From: an uncultured Verrucomicrobiae bacterium
GTDB taxonomy: Bacteria; Verrucomicrobiota; Verrucomicrobiia; Limisphaerales; JAFGQR01
DNA: 37,670 nucleotides
Direction of reading: 5' to 3'
Assembly: GCA_963788655.1 (NCBI GenBank)
Contig: CAWBHS010000096.1
Location: 1 to 37,670, forward strand
The notes under the pieces are model-generated. The model was not told the origin of the DNA and made no database searches. It was given only the letters and a program-made list of their open reading frames with translations. The translations under genes were made by a program, and so were the position numbers. Shown here in pieces: positions 1 to 10,893 of the stretch. Every line of letters begins with the position of its first letter. Positions within the stretch are counted from its first letter, which is position 1.

Positions 1-658
1 CTTCAATCCACTGGCGGATTTCCGTAGCACGGCGCGTGATGGCGGCATAATCGCGTTGGTCGAGAAACTCCTTCTTGAGTAGTTCGCGGCCGATGCCGGC
101 GGCCACGATGCCGGCCTGGAACCATTCGGCCAGCGCCGGCTTCGACACCTCACCGATGCCCGTCGCCATGATGCGCGTCCATGGGCAAGGGCCGAGCAGG
201 GCTTTGACAAATGCCGGTCCGCCCACCAGTTCGCACGGGAAGAGCTTCACGATCTCCACCCCGGCTTCCTCGGCGGTGGCGATCTCGGTGGCGGTCGCGC
301 AGCCGGGCAAGTACGCCACCTTGCGGCGGTTGCAGAAACGGGCGACGCGCTCGTTGAACGACGGGCCGACGATGATGTTGGCCCCGTGCGCCACAAACAG
401 CGCGGCGGTGGCTTCGTCCACGATGGAACCGGCGCCGAGCATCAGGTCGGGCGTCTGTTGCCGGGCGCTGCGCGCCAGTTCCCGAAACACGTCGATGGCG
501 TGATCGCCGCGATTCGTAAATTCAAAAACGGTCAATCCGCCCGCGGCGCAGGCCGCGAGAACTTGTGACGCCACTTCGAGGTCGCCGTGATAAAAGACCG
601 GCACGAGGCCGACTTCGACGATCCGATTCAGGACTTCAAGACGTGAGAAACGAGCCAT
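1..658 (-). CDS. eda: Bifunctional KHG/KDPG aldolase (Eda-like), 3' end runs off the window
   Basis: Not in the ORF track because it has no stop in the window. Manual translation from the ATG at 658 gives MARFSRLEVLNRIVEVGLVPVFYHGD...FEFTNRG...LGAGSIVD...GANIIVGP...PGCATATEI..AEEAGVEIVKLFP...GGPAFVKALLGP, the class I KDPG aldolase motifs with the Schiff-base Lys in KLFP. Confidence 0.88.
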   Translation of the reverse strand, partial: MARFSRLEVLNRIVEVGLVPVFYHGDLEVASQVLAACAAGGLTVFEFTNRGDHAIDVFRELARSARQQTPDLMLGAGSIVDEATAALFVAHGANIIVGPSFNERVARFCNRRKVAYLPGCATATEIATAEEAGVEIVKLFPCELVGGPAFVKALLGPCPWTRIMATGIGEVSKPALAEWFQAGIVAAGIGRELLKKEFLDQRDYAAITRRATEIRQWIE

Positions 659-661
659 AGT

Positions 662-2037
662 TCAAGCGGGAGATTGATAGTGTTTGCGGACGAAGGCAAT
701 GGCGTTGGCAACGGACGGCTGCCGACCACTGAAGGCGAGAGAAAGCGTGAGCAGACCCAACAGGGTGTCTTCCTCTGATGCCGCGAGGCGGTGGGCCGCT
801 CCAAGCCGGTCGCAGATCAGGGGGCGCAACAGCGTGATCTTGAGGGTTACGCCGCCGGAAAAAACCAACCGGGTCCAATTCTTTGCCGGTGAGAGGCGGG
901 CAGCGCATTTCGCGTAGTTGTCGGCCATGCCCGCGAACGCTCCACGGAAGAGATGGCCAACGGTGAGATTCTCTTCCCGGATATTCGTGACGCTGCCGCA
1001 GTCGCCCATCGCGCTGAAATAGAAGGCGGGATCGACCCGCAGGTCGGTCGAATCAATTCTGGCGGCTTCGGTGAGGATGGTGTCCCACGGATCGCGCAGT
1101 TTCACGCCTTGGGCTTCGGCCAGTTCGCTGAGCACGCGGACCAGTGCGTGCAGCGCGCGTCCGCCGGGAATATGCGTGATCGTCTTGAGAAACCGGCCAT
1201 CGAACCACGGTCGGGTCTGGAAGTCGCCAAACTCGCATCCGAGTGCCAGTTGGATCACTGCCGAGCCGGTGGAGATGTTCACGGACAATTCGCCTTCTTC
1301 AAGGAACACCCCGATTTGCGAGCAGTGGTAGTCGCCGACCGGCGCAAAGACGGGCAGCTTGCGGGAACCAAGCTGGTATTCGCCCAGCACGGTTCCTTGC
1401 GGAACAATCTCGGCCAGCGCGGCGTCAAGCCCGAGCCTCTCGGTGACGGGCCGATGCCAGTTCAGGGTTTCGACATTGAGCACGCCATGAGCAAAGGCGT
1501 TGGTCACATGGATTTCGGAGCGCCACTAAGAGGTTCGCCACGACATAGTTGGACAGCGAGGCTACGATCGAAGGCTGGGCAGGCAGCCGCCCGTTCTGGG
1601 CGAGCCAGAAAAGGTAACAGAGCGGAACGCCCGACCGGGCTTCGTTCCCAGTTGGCGTCGGTCCTCCATTGTAAGACGCCGGTTGATCTCATCAAAGTAA
1701 ATGCCGGGGCCGCTGGGAACGGTTGCAGGGCGCGTTGGTCCTGCCAATTGATCGCGTTGGAAACGGCGAGGCCTTGATCGTCGGTGAGCACCATGCCGTG
1801 CAATTGACTGCACATTACCAGGCCCTCGGCATCCGGAGCATGTTGGCGCAGACGATCTATCAGAGCGCGCGTGATGGTGACAATCTGCGCCGGATCAAAC
1901 TCGCGAAACGCCGAGTTCAGTCCGCGAATGGGGTCGGGGAAAGGCAAACGCTCGACGGGCTGGATGCTTAGCGCATCGAGGTCCAGCACCGCCCCTTTGA
2001 CGAACAAAGAACCGAGGTCGAGGCCGATGAATCTCAT
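662..2037 (-). CDS. FGGY-family carbohydrate kinase (sedoheptulokinase/xylulokinase-like), split by 3-4 frameshifts at about 1510-1715
   Basis: The N-terminal ORF has IGLDLGSLFVKGAV, CSQLHG and WQDQR. The C-terminal ORF has PVGD, VNISTGS and FSGG. The segment between them reads through frame changes as YFDEINRRL...LGNEARSGVPLCYLFWLAQNG...EIHVTNAFAHG. Confidence 0.8.
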
Positions 2038-2053
2038 CTCATGAGGCCGGGAC

Positions 2054-2410
2054 TCACGTGGAGGGCGGTGCGGCCTGCAAGTGGTCCAACGCCTTTAGCA
2101 CATCGGGTATATGGACGAAGGCCGGCCCGCCTCCCATCAGCACGGCGACGCCCGCGGCTTCAAGAACCTGTTCGCGGGTCGCGCCGGCCTTGAGGCTGCC
2201 TTCCGCATGAAGCCAGATGCAGTCCGTGCAGCCCTGCGCCATCCCGACGGCCAGAGCAATCAACTCCTTTTCACGGGCGGACAAGTTGCCCGGTTTCATC
2301 AACGCGACGTGCAGTCCGCCGAAGGCACGCGCCACTTCCGGCGCGTCACTGCGGAGCTTTTGAAAGCCGGCTTTCCATTGAGCGAGGGGATTTTCAACCG
2401 AGGTATTCAT
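2054..2410 (-). CDS. Carboxymuconolactone decarboxylase / AhpD-family protein
   Basis: 118 aa with LSAREKELIALAV..AQGCTDCIWLH...AGATREQVLEAAGVAVLMGGGPA (CxxC-xx-H core). Confidence 0.9.
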   Translation of the reverse strand: MNTSVENPLAQWKAGFQKLRSDAPEVARAFGGLHVALMKPGNLSAREKELIALAVGMAQGCTDCIWLHAEGSLKAGATREQVLEAAGVAVLMGGGPAFVHIPDVLKALDHLQAAPPST

Positions 2411-2447
2411 GGTAGATTTCGTTTCCTTTCTTTTCTGAAGACGTTGC

Positions 2448-3254
2448 TCAATCCGCTTCGGCCACGACCGGGTTTGTCAGCGTGCCGATCCGATCGATCT
2501 CAACCGTAACAGTATCGCCGGGCTGGAGAAACACGGGTGGCTTCCGCGCAAAGCCCACACCTTGGGGCGTCCCGGTAAGGATGACCGTCCCCGGCAGCAG
2601 CGTCGTGCTGCCGCTCAAGAATGCGATCAGGGTGGGCACGTCAAAGATCATGTCATCACAGCGCCAGTCCTGCATCGTTTGTCCGTTGAGCACGGTCTTG
2701 ATTTTCAGCGCAGCGGGATCTGGAACTTCATCCTTGAGCACGAGACAAGGTCCCAGCGGCGCAAACGTGTCGAACGTCTTGCCCCGGCACCACTGGCCGC
2801 CGCCCCATTTGCCTTGCCAGTCGCGCGCGCTCACGTCGTTGGCGCAGGTGTAGCCGAGCAGATAATCGAGCGCCTGCTCCTTGGGCACGTTCTTGCACCG
2901 CTTGCCAATGACGACGGCGAGTTCGCATTCGTAATCCACTTCGTCGCTGCGCAGATGGCGGGGCAACACAATCGGGTCTTCCGGATTCTGCACGGCGGCC
3001 GGCGACTTCATAAACAGCACCGGAAACTGCGGCAGGGTCGCTTCCGCTTCCTCCGCATGGCGCCGATAGTTCAGCCCAATGCAGAAGATCGTTACGGGCG
3101 CAACCGGCGCGAGCAGCTTTTCTACTTGAGCAGGTTCTTTGGTCACTTCGTGGGCGCCGAAGAGGTCACCGGCAATTTGCCGTGCCGGGCCATCGGGCGG
3201 TTGGGCCGCGTAGCGCACGGCACCTTGAGGATCCTGGTATCGAATGATTCGCAT
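2448..3254 (-). CDS. Fumarylacetoacetate hydrolase (FAH) family protein
   Basis: CIGLNY, FMKSP, VDYECELAVVIGK, ANDVSARD, GKTFDTFAPLGP and ILTGTPQGVG motifs. Confidence 0.93.
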   Translation of the reverse strand: MRIIRYQDPQGAVRYAAQPPDGPARQIAGDLFGAHEVTKEPAQVEKLLAPVAPVTIFCIGLNYRRHAEEAEATLPQFPVLFMKSPAAVQNPEDPIVLPRHLRSDEVDYECELAVVIGKRCKNVPKEQALDYLLGYTCANDVSARDWQGKWGGGQWCRGKTFDTFAPLGPCLVLKDEVPDPAALKIKTVLNGQTMQDWRCDDMIFDVPTLIAFLSGSTTLLPGTVILTGTPQGVGFARKPPVFLQPGDTVTVEIDRIGTLTNPVVAEAD

Positions 3255-3541
3255 AGTTTTTTGAGTTAACGGTTACAGCTTACAGAACAAGTCCGCCTTT
3301 GGGAACCGCGTCCAATCACGGTGTTCTCGGGGCGGCGGTTACGGTGATCGAATAGGTGACGGCAGGCAATCCAATGCCGAGCAAAGGTCCAATCGAAGCG
3401 TTGTAGCGTTCGTTGACCGCATTGATCGCATCGGTTTAACCGGTGAATTGTGACAGATCCAGTGCGGTCATTTTCGCGGCTTCCGGCAAACTGTCCCACA
3501 CGTCAGGGGGCAGCTTCTTCACCGCAGTTGCACCGGCTGAG

Positions 3542-6064
3542 TCACTGTGGGGAGCGAGGATCATAGACAAAAGCATCAATGGGCACCCAGCCTCCGGCAC
3601 CCGGGGGGTTCTTCTGGGGAGCAACAACAATCTTGATGGTATGTGGCGCATCGGGCAGCGAACGGTTTTCATAGAGCACCTGTTGCTTTTCCCAGGAGGG
3701 TGCATAGAGATTCACCGATTCAACCTGGACCCCATCCAGGTAAACATTCCCAACGCCGCAATCAATGTTCCGAGGACCGATCCACTGGATGCCGGTGCCG
3801 ATAAATTTGAATTCGGCATAATCTCCGGCTGAACTACTGAAGTGCTGGTCCTCTTTAAAGTATCCTGGCGTTTTCTTATCATACGTCCACGAGCCCGAAT
3901 AAGTCAGCAGCGAACTGTCGTCATTGACCAAACCGGTATCAAGTCCCGCTGCCCCGGGACCACAAGCCGTGGTGAAACAGATGCGGTCGCCGCGACTCAC
4001 CCGGACGGAAAGGTCATGGGCGGCCGGACGGCCCATCCTCCCCAGGTTCACCGAAAACAATTTGGAACCATTTTGATTGACGCTGGCGATAACGCGATTG
4101 CCGGTATCTGCCGGTATGCGGTTCGTCCTCAGCCGGCTCACATAGGTAATCACCGGGTCCCAGGCGACCTCGGTAAACTTAACGCGGGCCGACCCCTTCG
4201 AGGCGCACATATCCGTCGCGAGGCGCAACCCAGGTTCTGACCGCCTGGACGGCTTCCCGCCGGAATCTGATAGTCATTGCCGACGATACATTCGCCCCCG
4301 TCGGACCAATGGTTGGAGAGAGCATCGAAGGCCAGATCACCGTAGGTTGATCCGTTCCCGCTCTGATAATGCCAGTTGTTCTTCCCGGCCACACTGCTGA
4401 ATCCAGCCGATGCCCGGTAGCTCTCAGCCGTGTATTCAAAAGCCATGTGTCTGATATACGCCCCGCTTGACCTGGCGTTTTTGTCTCCCCGGGCAATCAC
4501 CTTGATCGTATGCGCTAGTGGTCGGATCGAGGCCGGTCTTGATGAACGCAAATTGGAAAACGAGAGGAGTGTCCCAGAAATACAAATCAACCGTATCCTG
4601 AAATTGGTTGTCGAGATACACATCGGCCTTCCCTCCGTCTGGAGCCGGAATCGCCCGCCAATAGACCGCGCTCCCTTGGAAGGAGAATTCCACGCTGTTG
4701 CCGGCTGTATGGCATTGATTGACTGCGCCCAAATAATAAAGCGGTTTTTTCTCCCAGCTCCATCCGTTTCCCTCATAGCGCATGTCCGGACTGCTGGCAC
4801 AACCCACTATTTTCGTCTGCCGGCTTTCAATCCGGTCACCCGACTCCGGATGCGGTTCATAGGAGTAGGATCCATGAGGGGGAAAGGGTGCCGGATTCAT
4901 CACTCCCTGGCTTAACGTGATGTCAAGTATCCGGCCGGATTTATCCCAATAGTTGTAAGCCCGCAGGCTTTGACCGCAGATGCTGGGATCCACCTCGGCG
5001 GCATCGGCCAGCGTAAATCCGTAAAGACCATTGCCGGGTTCATCCAGCAACTTTGCCATCGGTGTCCAATCCTGCTGGGCGAGATCCGAACAGGTGGAGA
5101 TATAGACTGAATTATCCCTCATCCCCACGTTGGCAAAACGCGGATCGCCCACGCCGATATTCACGCCAATCCGCACGTATTTTTGCAGATAGGTACTGTA
5201 GATGGTATTCCCGTAAATACCGTAGGTGCTCATGCCGACTCGCGAGGCCTTGCCACCGAGCCCGGGCTCGGTCCAGGTTCCATGATTGAATTTGAACCAC
5301 TTCCCCGGCGCCATTTTATCCCGGATGGCGCAACGGGCCACTTGCAGGGTTCCCGCGCAGAAGTGATTCAATATCCCCTGCTTGGCAACAAACCCGTTCC
5401 AGGAAGTGTGGTAGAAGTAGCCGCCCCGGGTATCGACATACAGATCATAGTCAGCCGGACCCATTTCAAACTCCGAGCCGGAATACTTCCACCGATCGCC
5501 AGGCTTCGGTAACACTGCGGTCAGAACATCTCCGACAAAGGTCCAGTGCAATCCCAGGTCCGCACTGGTCGCCAGCCAGGTTTTCTTTCGACACCAAGCC
5601 GCGCCGGGAGCGGAATCGTACTCACCGTGCATGAGCGCGTAGAGCGTCCCGGTCGTTTCGTCGTACCACAAGCCGCTATTGATAAACGACGACGCTGTTC
5701 GGGCGGAAAAGTCAGCGGCGCCGTCGGGTTGGCGGGTCATGTGTTCAAAATCAGGCCCCTTCCATCGCGGCACGGAGATGGGATTGTGGTAGGGATCCGG
5801 CTGTGCGCCCATGACCCACACCCCGCCGTCCATTCTCACCTGTCGCAATGGGGAATCAACATAGAGAGAGAGAATATCCAGCTTCAGCGGTTTGATGGTC
5901 ACCGCGGCTGAGAAAGGCAGTGTTTGGGGGCTGCCCGCCCTGGCTTCTGGCGCGGTGGATAAGGCGAACAAGGCGCCCAGGACGAGGACAAACAACTCGA
6001 GCGGGTGGAAAGATCTGCCAGGCATTGGTATCTCGTCTTGAAGAGCCTTTACGTGCGTTTTCAT
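3542..6064 (-). CDS. Secreted protein: Asp-box beta-propeller-like N-domain plus C-terminal CBM-like beta-sandwich domains; frameshifts near 4520, 4255 and 4190
   Basis: Signal peptide (LFVLVLGALFALSTAPEARA) and Asp-box TSADLGLHW. Two related beta-sandwich repeats (GNSVEFSFQGSAVYW...GKADVYLD...HTIKVI and GDYAEFKFIGTGIQW...GVGNVYLD...HTIKIV). ORFs 4436-6064, 4150-4800, 4179-4496 and 3542-4228 join into one chain. Confidence 0.65.
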
Positions 6065-6102
6065 GCCGGCGTTGATTGTCTCTTATTTTAGCTCGCTCAC
6101 GC

Positions 6103-7086
6103 TCAGGCGCTCGGCGGCACGCCGTTGACGATGTTGGGCAGCGGCTCACCGCGCACCGCCTTCAGGGCCAGGTTAGCCGCGTTTTCGCGCAGTTTCCTTA
6201 CAGCGGATGGACTGGCGGAGGCAATGTGGGGTGCGATGATTACGTTGGTCATTCCAAGAACCGGATGCTCCGCCGGAATGGGTTCGGGATCGAAAACATC
6301 GAGGGCGGCAGCACCGAGGTGGCCGCTCTCCAATGCCGCAGTCAGTGCGTCCGTATCCACCAGGTCGCCCCGGCCGACGTTGATGAAAATGGCGCCGGGC
6401 TTGAGCTGGGCGAACGAGTCTTGGTTCATCAGCTTCCGCGTCTGCGGCGTGGAGGGACAATGCAAGGTGAGGACGTCGGCTGCTTTCAGCAAGTCGTTGA
6501 AGGAAACCTCGCGGGCACCGAGCTTTTCAATTGCGGCAGCGGGTAACAGGGGATCGAACACCTGCACGGCGCACTTGAAAGCGACGAGCCGTTTCACCAC
6601 TTCGCGGCCGATGCGGCCAAAGCCTACCACGCCGACCGTCAGATCGCGCAGGGCCTTCAGGCTGATGAGTGGCGCTGCCAATCCCCACTGGCCGGCGCGC
6701 AGGTGAACCGTGTGCGGCACGACCTGCCGCGTGGTGGCCAGGATGAATGCCAGCGTATGATCAGCCACTTCATCAATGCAGTAATCAGGAATGTTACAGA
6801 CCGGAATTCCGCGGGCACGCGCCGTGTCCAAATCCACGTTATCGACACCAATCCCGTAGCGCACGATCACGCGGGCCTTAGCCATGGCCTGAATGACCCG
6901 TGGCGTCAATCGGGCGAACTGGGTGATCACGCCATCAGCATCGGCGACCAGTTCGATCAGTTCCGCCTCGGTCTTGCATTGCCGTCCCTGCACGATGCAG
7001 CCATGCGGTTTCAAAATCTGTTCTTCGATTGCCAGGTCGGAGAATGTCCAATCGGTGATTGCAACTTTTGCCGGTGCGATGTTCAT
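6103..7086 (-). CDS. D-isomer-specific 2-hydroxyacid dehydrogenase (CtBP/SerA-like)
   Basis: RYGIGVDNVD, VGVVGFGRIG (Rossmann), LHCP, INVGRG, AALDVFDPEP and IAPHIAS. The ATG at 7086 was chosen; an upstream in-frame ATG lies at 7128. Confidence 0.92.
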   Translation of the reverse strand: MNIAPAKVAITDWTFSDLAIEEQILKPHGCIVQGRQCKTEAELIELVADADGVITQFARLTPRVIQAMAKARVIVRYGIGVDNVDLDTARARGIPVCNIPDYCIDEVADHTLAFILATTRQVVPHTVHLRAGQWGLAAPLISLKALRDLTVGVVGFGRIGREVVKRLVAFKCAVQVFDPLLPAAAIEKLGAREVSFNDLLKAADVLTLHCPSTPQTRKLMNQDSFAQLKPGAIFINVGRGDLVDTDALTAALESGHLGAAALDVFDPEPIPAEHPVLGMTNVIIAPHIASASPSAVRKLRENAANLALKAVRGEPLPNIVNGVPPSA

Positions 7087-7312
7087 ATCATGTTCAATTC
7101 TGGAGCCAGTCAGCCATCGTAAATCCATACGTCCGTCAGGCTTGTCCTTTTCGACAGATTATTGCCGTTTTTCATCCATATCGGGTGGCAGCAATGCGGT
7201 CTGCCGCTCTATCCTGAAGCCGGAAGAACTGGAAAAGCATCAGAATCCGGGCGAAAAAGAGAAGCCACCGTTGGCCAGGCAGGTTAGACGATTGGCAACA
7301 ACGAAGCCATCT

Positions 7313-8155
7313 ATGAGCCAAGCAACTAAATTGGCCGGCAAAACGGCTTTGATCACCGGCGCCGGCACGGGCATCGGTCGCGAGATCGCGCTTGAATTTG
7401 CACGGCAGGGAGCCGACGTAGTGCTCCACTATGCGCACAGTGATGCCGGCGTCCGAACGGCGGTGGAAGAAATTATCGGTATGGGACGGAAAGCTACGGC
7501 GTTGCAGACCGATTTCCGGGACGTCGCTGAAGTGCAGGCGCTCGCGGACCAAGCCCTGGAGTTCTCGGGCGCGATCAACTGTCTGGTTAACAACGCCGGC
7601 ATCACGTTCAACAAGTCATTCTTCAAGGTGACTCCTGAACAATTTGACACCGTGTTCCACGTGAACATTCGCGCCCAGTTCTTCCTGACCCAAAGGATTG
7701 CCCAACAGATGGTCGAGCACGGCGGCGGCGCGGTCTGTAATCTCACCAGCATCCACGGCGTCTCCGGCGCGCGGGATCATTCGGTGTATGCCGGCACCAA
7801 GGGCGCCATCATCGCTTACACGCGTTCGCTGGCGGTGGAATTGGCCCATCAAGGGGTGCGCGTCAATGCCATCGCGCCGGGTTGGGTGAACGTGGAAAAC
7901 TACTTCAAAGCCATCCCCGACTTCAACCTGGAATCCGCCGCCGCCGCGGCCCAAAAGGCCGTCCCGGTCGCGCGCGCCGGCACCCCGCTGGATATCGCGC
8001 GGCTGGCGGTGTTCCTTTGCTCGGATGACTCTACCTTCATTATCGGCCAGACCATCATTGCCGACGGCGGCACCACTTCGCTGATGTCGTTGATGACCGA
8101 TTTTCGCACGGAATCGACCGCGACGTTTGGCAAGGATTACGTGCCGGGAGTGTAA
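7313..8155 (+). CDS. Short-chain dehydrogenase/reductase (SDR)
   Basis: TGAGTGIG, NNAG, catalytic YAGTK, VRVNAIAPG and IIADGG. The start is the ATG at 7313; the longer ORF-track extension overlaps the divergent gene. Confidence 0.93.
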   Translation: MSQATKLAGKTALITGAGTGIGREIALEFARQGADVVLHYAHSDAGVRTAVEEIIGMGRKATALQTDFRDVAEVQALADQALEFSGAINCLVNNAGITFNKSFFKVTPEQFDTVFHVNIRAQFFLTQRIAQQMVEHGGGAVCNLTSIHGVSGARDHSVYAGTKGAIIAYTRSLAVELAHQGVRVNAIAPGWVNVENYFKAIPDFNLESAAAAAQKAVPVARAGTPLDIARLAVFLCSDDSTFIIGQTIIADGGTTSLMSLMTDFRTESTATFGKDYVPGV

Positions 8156-8195
8156 CACATCGAGACCGCAACGTGTCCATCGAACCAACCATCGC

Positions 8196-9582
8196 ATGAT
8201 CGGAACCGAGCCTTCCAATACGTCCGGCGCCTCCCGTTCCAAACTCTTCTCCTTCGGCGTTGCGTTTGTGGCGTCGGTGGGCGGGTTCTTATTCGGTTAC
8301 GACTTAGCCATCGTCTGCGGCGCGAACCTGTATCTTCAGGAGGTGTTTCACCTCTCGCCGGCAGCCTTTGGATTTGCGACCGGCAGCGCGGCCCTGGGCT
8401 GCATCGCCGGACCCTTTCTGGGCGCGTGGATGTGCGACGCGCTCGGACGCAGCAAGACCATGATGATCGCCTGCGCCTTGCTGGGCATCAGCGCGCTGTT
8501 CACGGCGATTCCCAAGGATATCGTCACCTTCAACGTATTTCGGATTGTGGGCGGAGTCGGAGTGGGCCTGTGTTCGGTGGCCTCACCCATGTACATCTCG
8601 GAAACCTCGCCCCCCCGGCTGCGCGGCAGCTTTGGCATCATGTACCAACTGGCCATTGTGGTCGGCAGTGTCACGGCGCCGTTCATTTCCTACCTGATCG
8701 TGAAGCTCACGCCGGCGGCGGTTGCGTGGCGGTGGATGTTTGCTTCGGAGATGCTGCCGGTGACCGTGTTCCTGGTGCTGTTGTGGTTCCTGCCGCGAAG
8801 TCCGCGCTGGCTGGCGGGCCGGAACCGAATGGAGGAAGCCTACGCAACGCTAGTCACGCGTGGACGGACCGGAATTCGCGAAAGTGGAACTGGAACAGAT
8901 TCAAGCCGGGCTCAAGGGAGAATCCGGCAGTTTCGCGGAGCTGTTCGCGCCCGGCATGCGCTACGCGCTCCTCATCGGCCTGTTGCTGGCGTTCTTCAAC
9001 AATTGGACCGGTTGGAGCGTGATGGGCGGCTACATTCCCATGCTGTTTGAAGCCTCCGGTATGCAGGACCGCGCCATGGCGTTTCTGCAGTTCGCGGTCA
9101 CCTACGGGTTCATGGGCATCATGACGCTCGTCGCCTGCTGGCTGGTGGACCGGGTGGGACGGCGTCCGTTGTGGATGATCGCGTCCGCGTTGATGATCCT
9201 GGTCACCATCATGACCGGTATGGTCTTCCAGTTTCACCTGCGCGGATGGCCAGTGTTGTTGGTGATCATCCTCTGCACGGTTCCCCACGGCCTGGCGCTG
9301 GGTCCGCTGCCCTGGTTGATGATGTCGGAAATATTTCCCACCCGGTTGCGCGGCCGCGCCGTGTCGCTGACCACGGCCTTCCTTTGGGTGACCATCTTCA
9401 GCGGCGCACAACTGTTTCCCCTGATGACGGATTACTCGAAGCAAAAGCTGGGGTCGGTGGGCGGCGCCTTCTGGCTGTTCTCCGTGATCTGTGTATTCGC
9501 TTTCTGGTTCGGCTGGAAGATGCTGCCAGAAACCAAAGGAAGAATTCTGGAGGAGATTGCCGCCTCGTGGAGGAAGAAATGA
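8196..9582 (+). CDS. MFS sugar porter (XylE/AraE/GalP-like), one frameshift near 8857
   Basis: GGFLFGYD, DALGR, PMYISETSPPRLRG, PRSPRWL, DRVGRRPL, SEIFPTRLRG and PETKGR motifs, divided between ORFs 8127-9050 and 8860-9582. Confidence 0.9.
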
Positions 9583-10760
9583 ATAAACGAAAAACCAAAC
9601 AAATCAGGCCGAGCCGCCGGCAGTTTTTGAACGTGATGGGAAAAGGTGTCGGACTGGTCTGCCTGGCCGGGCTCTCGCCCTCGGGCCGGACTGCGGAAAA
9701 CACCGCCGCACTCTCCAAAAGCGTGCTCCTGAACGTTTTGAAAGCGGTCGGCAAACCCGCCCGCGTCGTCGTTAATCCGGACGGCACCGAGGTACTCTTG
9801 CTCCCCTACGGCGGACGGGTGCTGGGATTGTTTGCGCGGGGCAGCGAGGAGAATTTCTACTGGACGAATTCCGCCTTGCGTTCAGTCGAAACGGCCAAGG
9901 CGTTTTATGCCAGCGCAGAGTGGCACAACTCGGGAGGCGACCGCACCTGGCTGGCGCCGGAGGTGGATGTTTTCCTGCCCAATTACCCATCGCGCGACAA
10001 GTACGTCCAGCCGCGTGAGTTGGATCCCGGCCACTACCGGGTTGAGGGCGACGGCGCCCGGCTGCGCTTGATCAACCGGCTCACCCTGACGTTGTCGCGC
10101 TCCCACCGCCGAGTCGAATTGGAGATCACAAAATCGTTTGGCCCCGCGCCCAATCCGCTCCGCCATGAGCGCGGAGGCGGCCCCAAAGACGTCGAATACG
10201 CGGGCTACACCCAGCACACTTCCCTTGCTATCGTCGGCGGTGACGAACGCAGTCCGGTGGGATTGTGGAATCTGGTGCAAATGCCGCACGGGGGTGAACT
10301 CCTGGTGCCCACGTTCAGTCGCGCCGATCCGAAGCTCGTATTCGGGGACATTCCTGCCGAGGACCTGGTGGTTAGTGATCGGCTGGTCCGCTACCGAATG
10401 CGCCAGACCGGCGAGCACAAGATCGCTTTCCGCGCCGTAGCCATGACCGGCCGGGTTGGCTATGTATTCGAACAGGGCGAACGTTGGGCGCTCATTATTC
10501 GCAACTTTGTCGTGAATCCTTCGGGAGAATACGTTGACGTGCCGTGGGATGATCCCGCCGATCTGGGTTACGCGGCCCAGGCCTGCAACGTGGACAGCCG
10601 CCTGGGCCAATTCAGCGAACTGGAATATCACATCCCCGCCATTGGAGGTGACACGGGCTGCACCCGCTGCGACGACGCGGCGCAAGTATGGGCCTTTCGA
10701 GGATCAAAAAAAGCCATCGCCGCGGCCGGGAAAACCTTACTGGGGACGGAGACGCTTTGA
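9579..10760 (+). CDS. Tat-exported DUF6786-like / galactose-mutarotase-fold protein
   Basis: ATGA overlap with the transporter stop. Twin-arginine SRRQFL followed by a hydrophobic stretch. PYGGRVLG, NSGGDRTWLAPE and SELEYH motifs. The family call is from memory of the motif pattern. Confidence 0.6.
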   Translation: MNKRKTKQIRPSRRQFLNVMGKGVGLVCLAGLSPSGRTAENTAALSKSVLLNVLKAVGKPARVVVNPDGTEVLLLPYGGRVLGLFARGSEENFYWTNSALRSVETAKAFYASAEWHNSGGDRTWLAPEVDVFLPNYPSRDKYVQPRELDPGHYRVEGDGARLRLINRLTLTLSRSHRRVELEITKSFGPAPNPLRHERGGGPKDVEYAGYTQHTSLAIVGGDERSPVGLWNLVQMPHGGELLVPTFSRADPKLVFGDIPAEDLVVSDRLVRYRMRQTGEHKIAFRAVAMTGRVGYVFEQGERWALIIRNFVVNPSGEYVDVPWDDPADLGYAAQACNVDSRLGQFSELEYHIPAIGGDTGCTRCDDAAQVWAFRGSKKAIAAAGKTLLGTETL

Positions 10761-10893
10761 CGCGATGCCGGCGTAAGCCAACGCCCGTGCGCCAAGACTA
10801 GAAAGTCTGGCCTCAGCCTGCGATTGGTAGTCCTCGACAAAACCTTGCCATGGCAAGCTTCTTAGCCAACCTGGCAACTTGTCTCAAAAACCT

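Noticed and set aside
6893..7312. N-terminal extensions in the ORF track (SDR from 6893; also 9171, 13122 and 24673)
   Set aside because: They overlap neighbouring genes or regulatory sites; family motifs or signal peptides start at 7313, 9579, 13164 and 24901.
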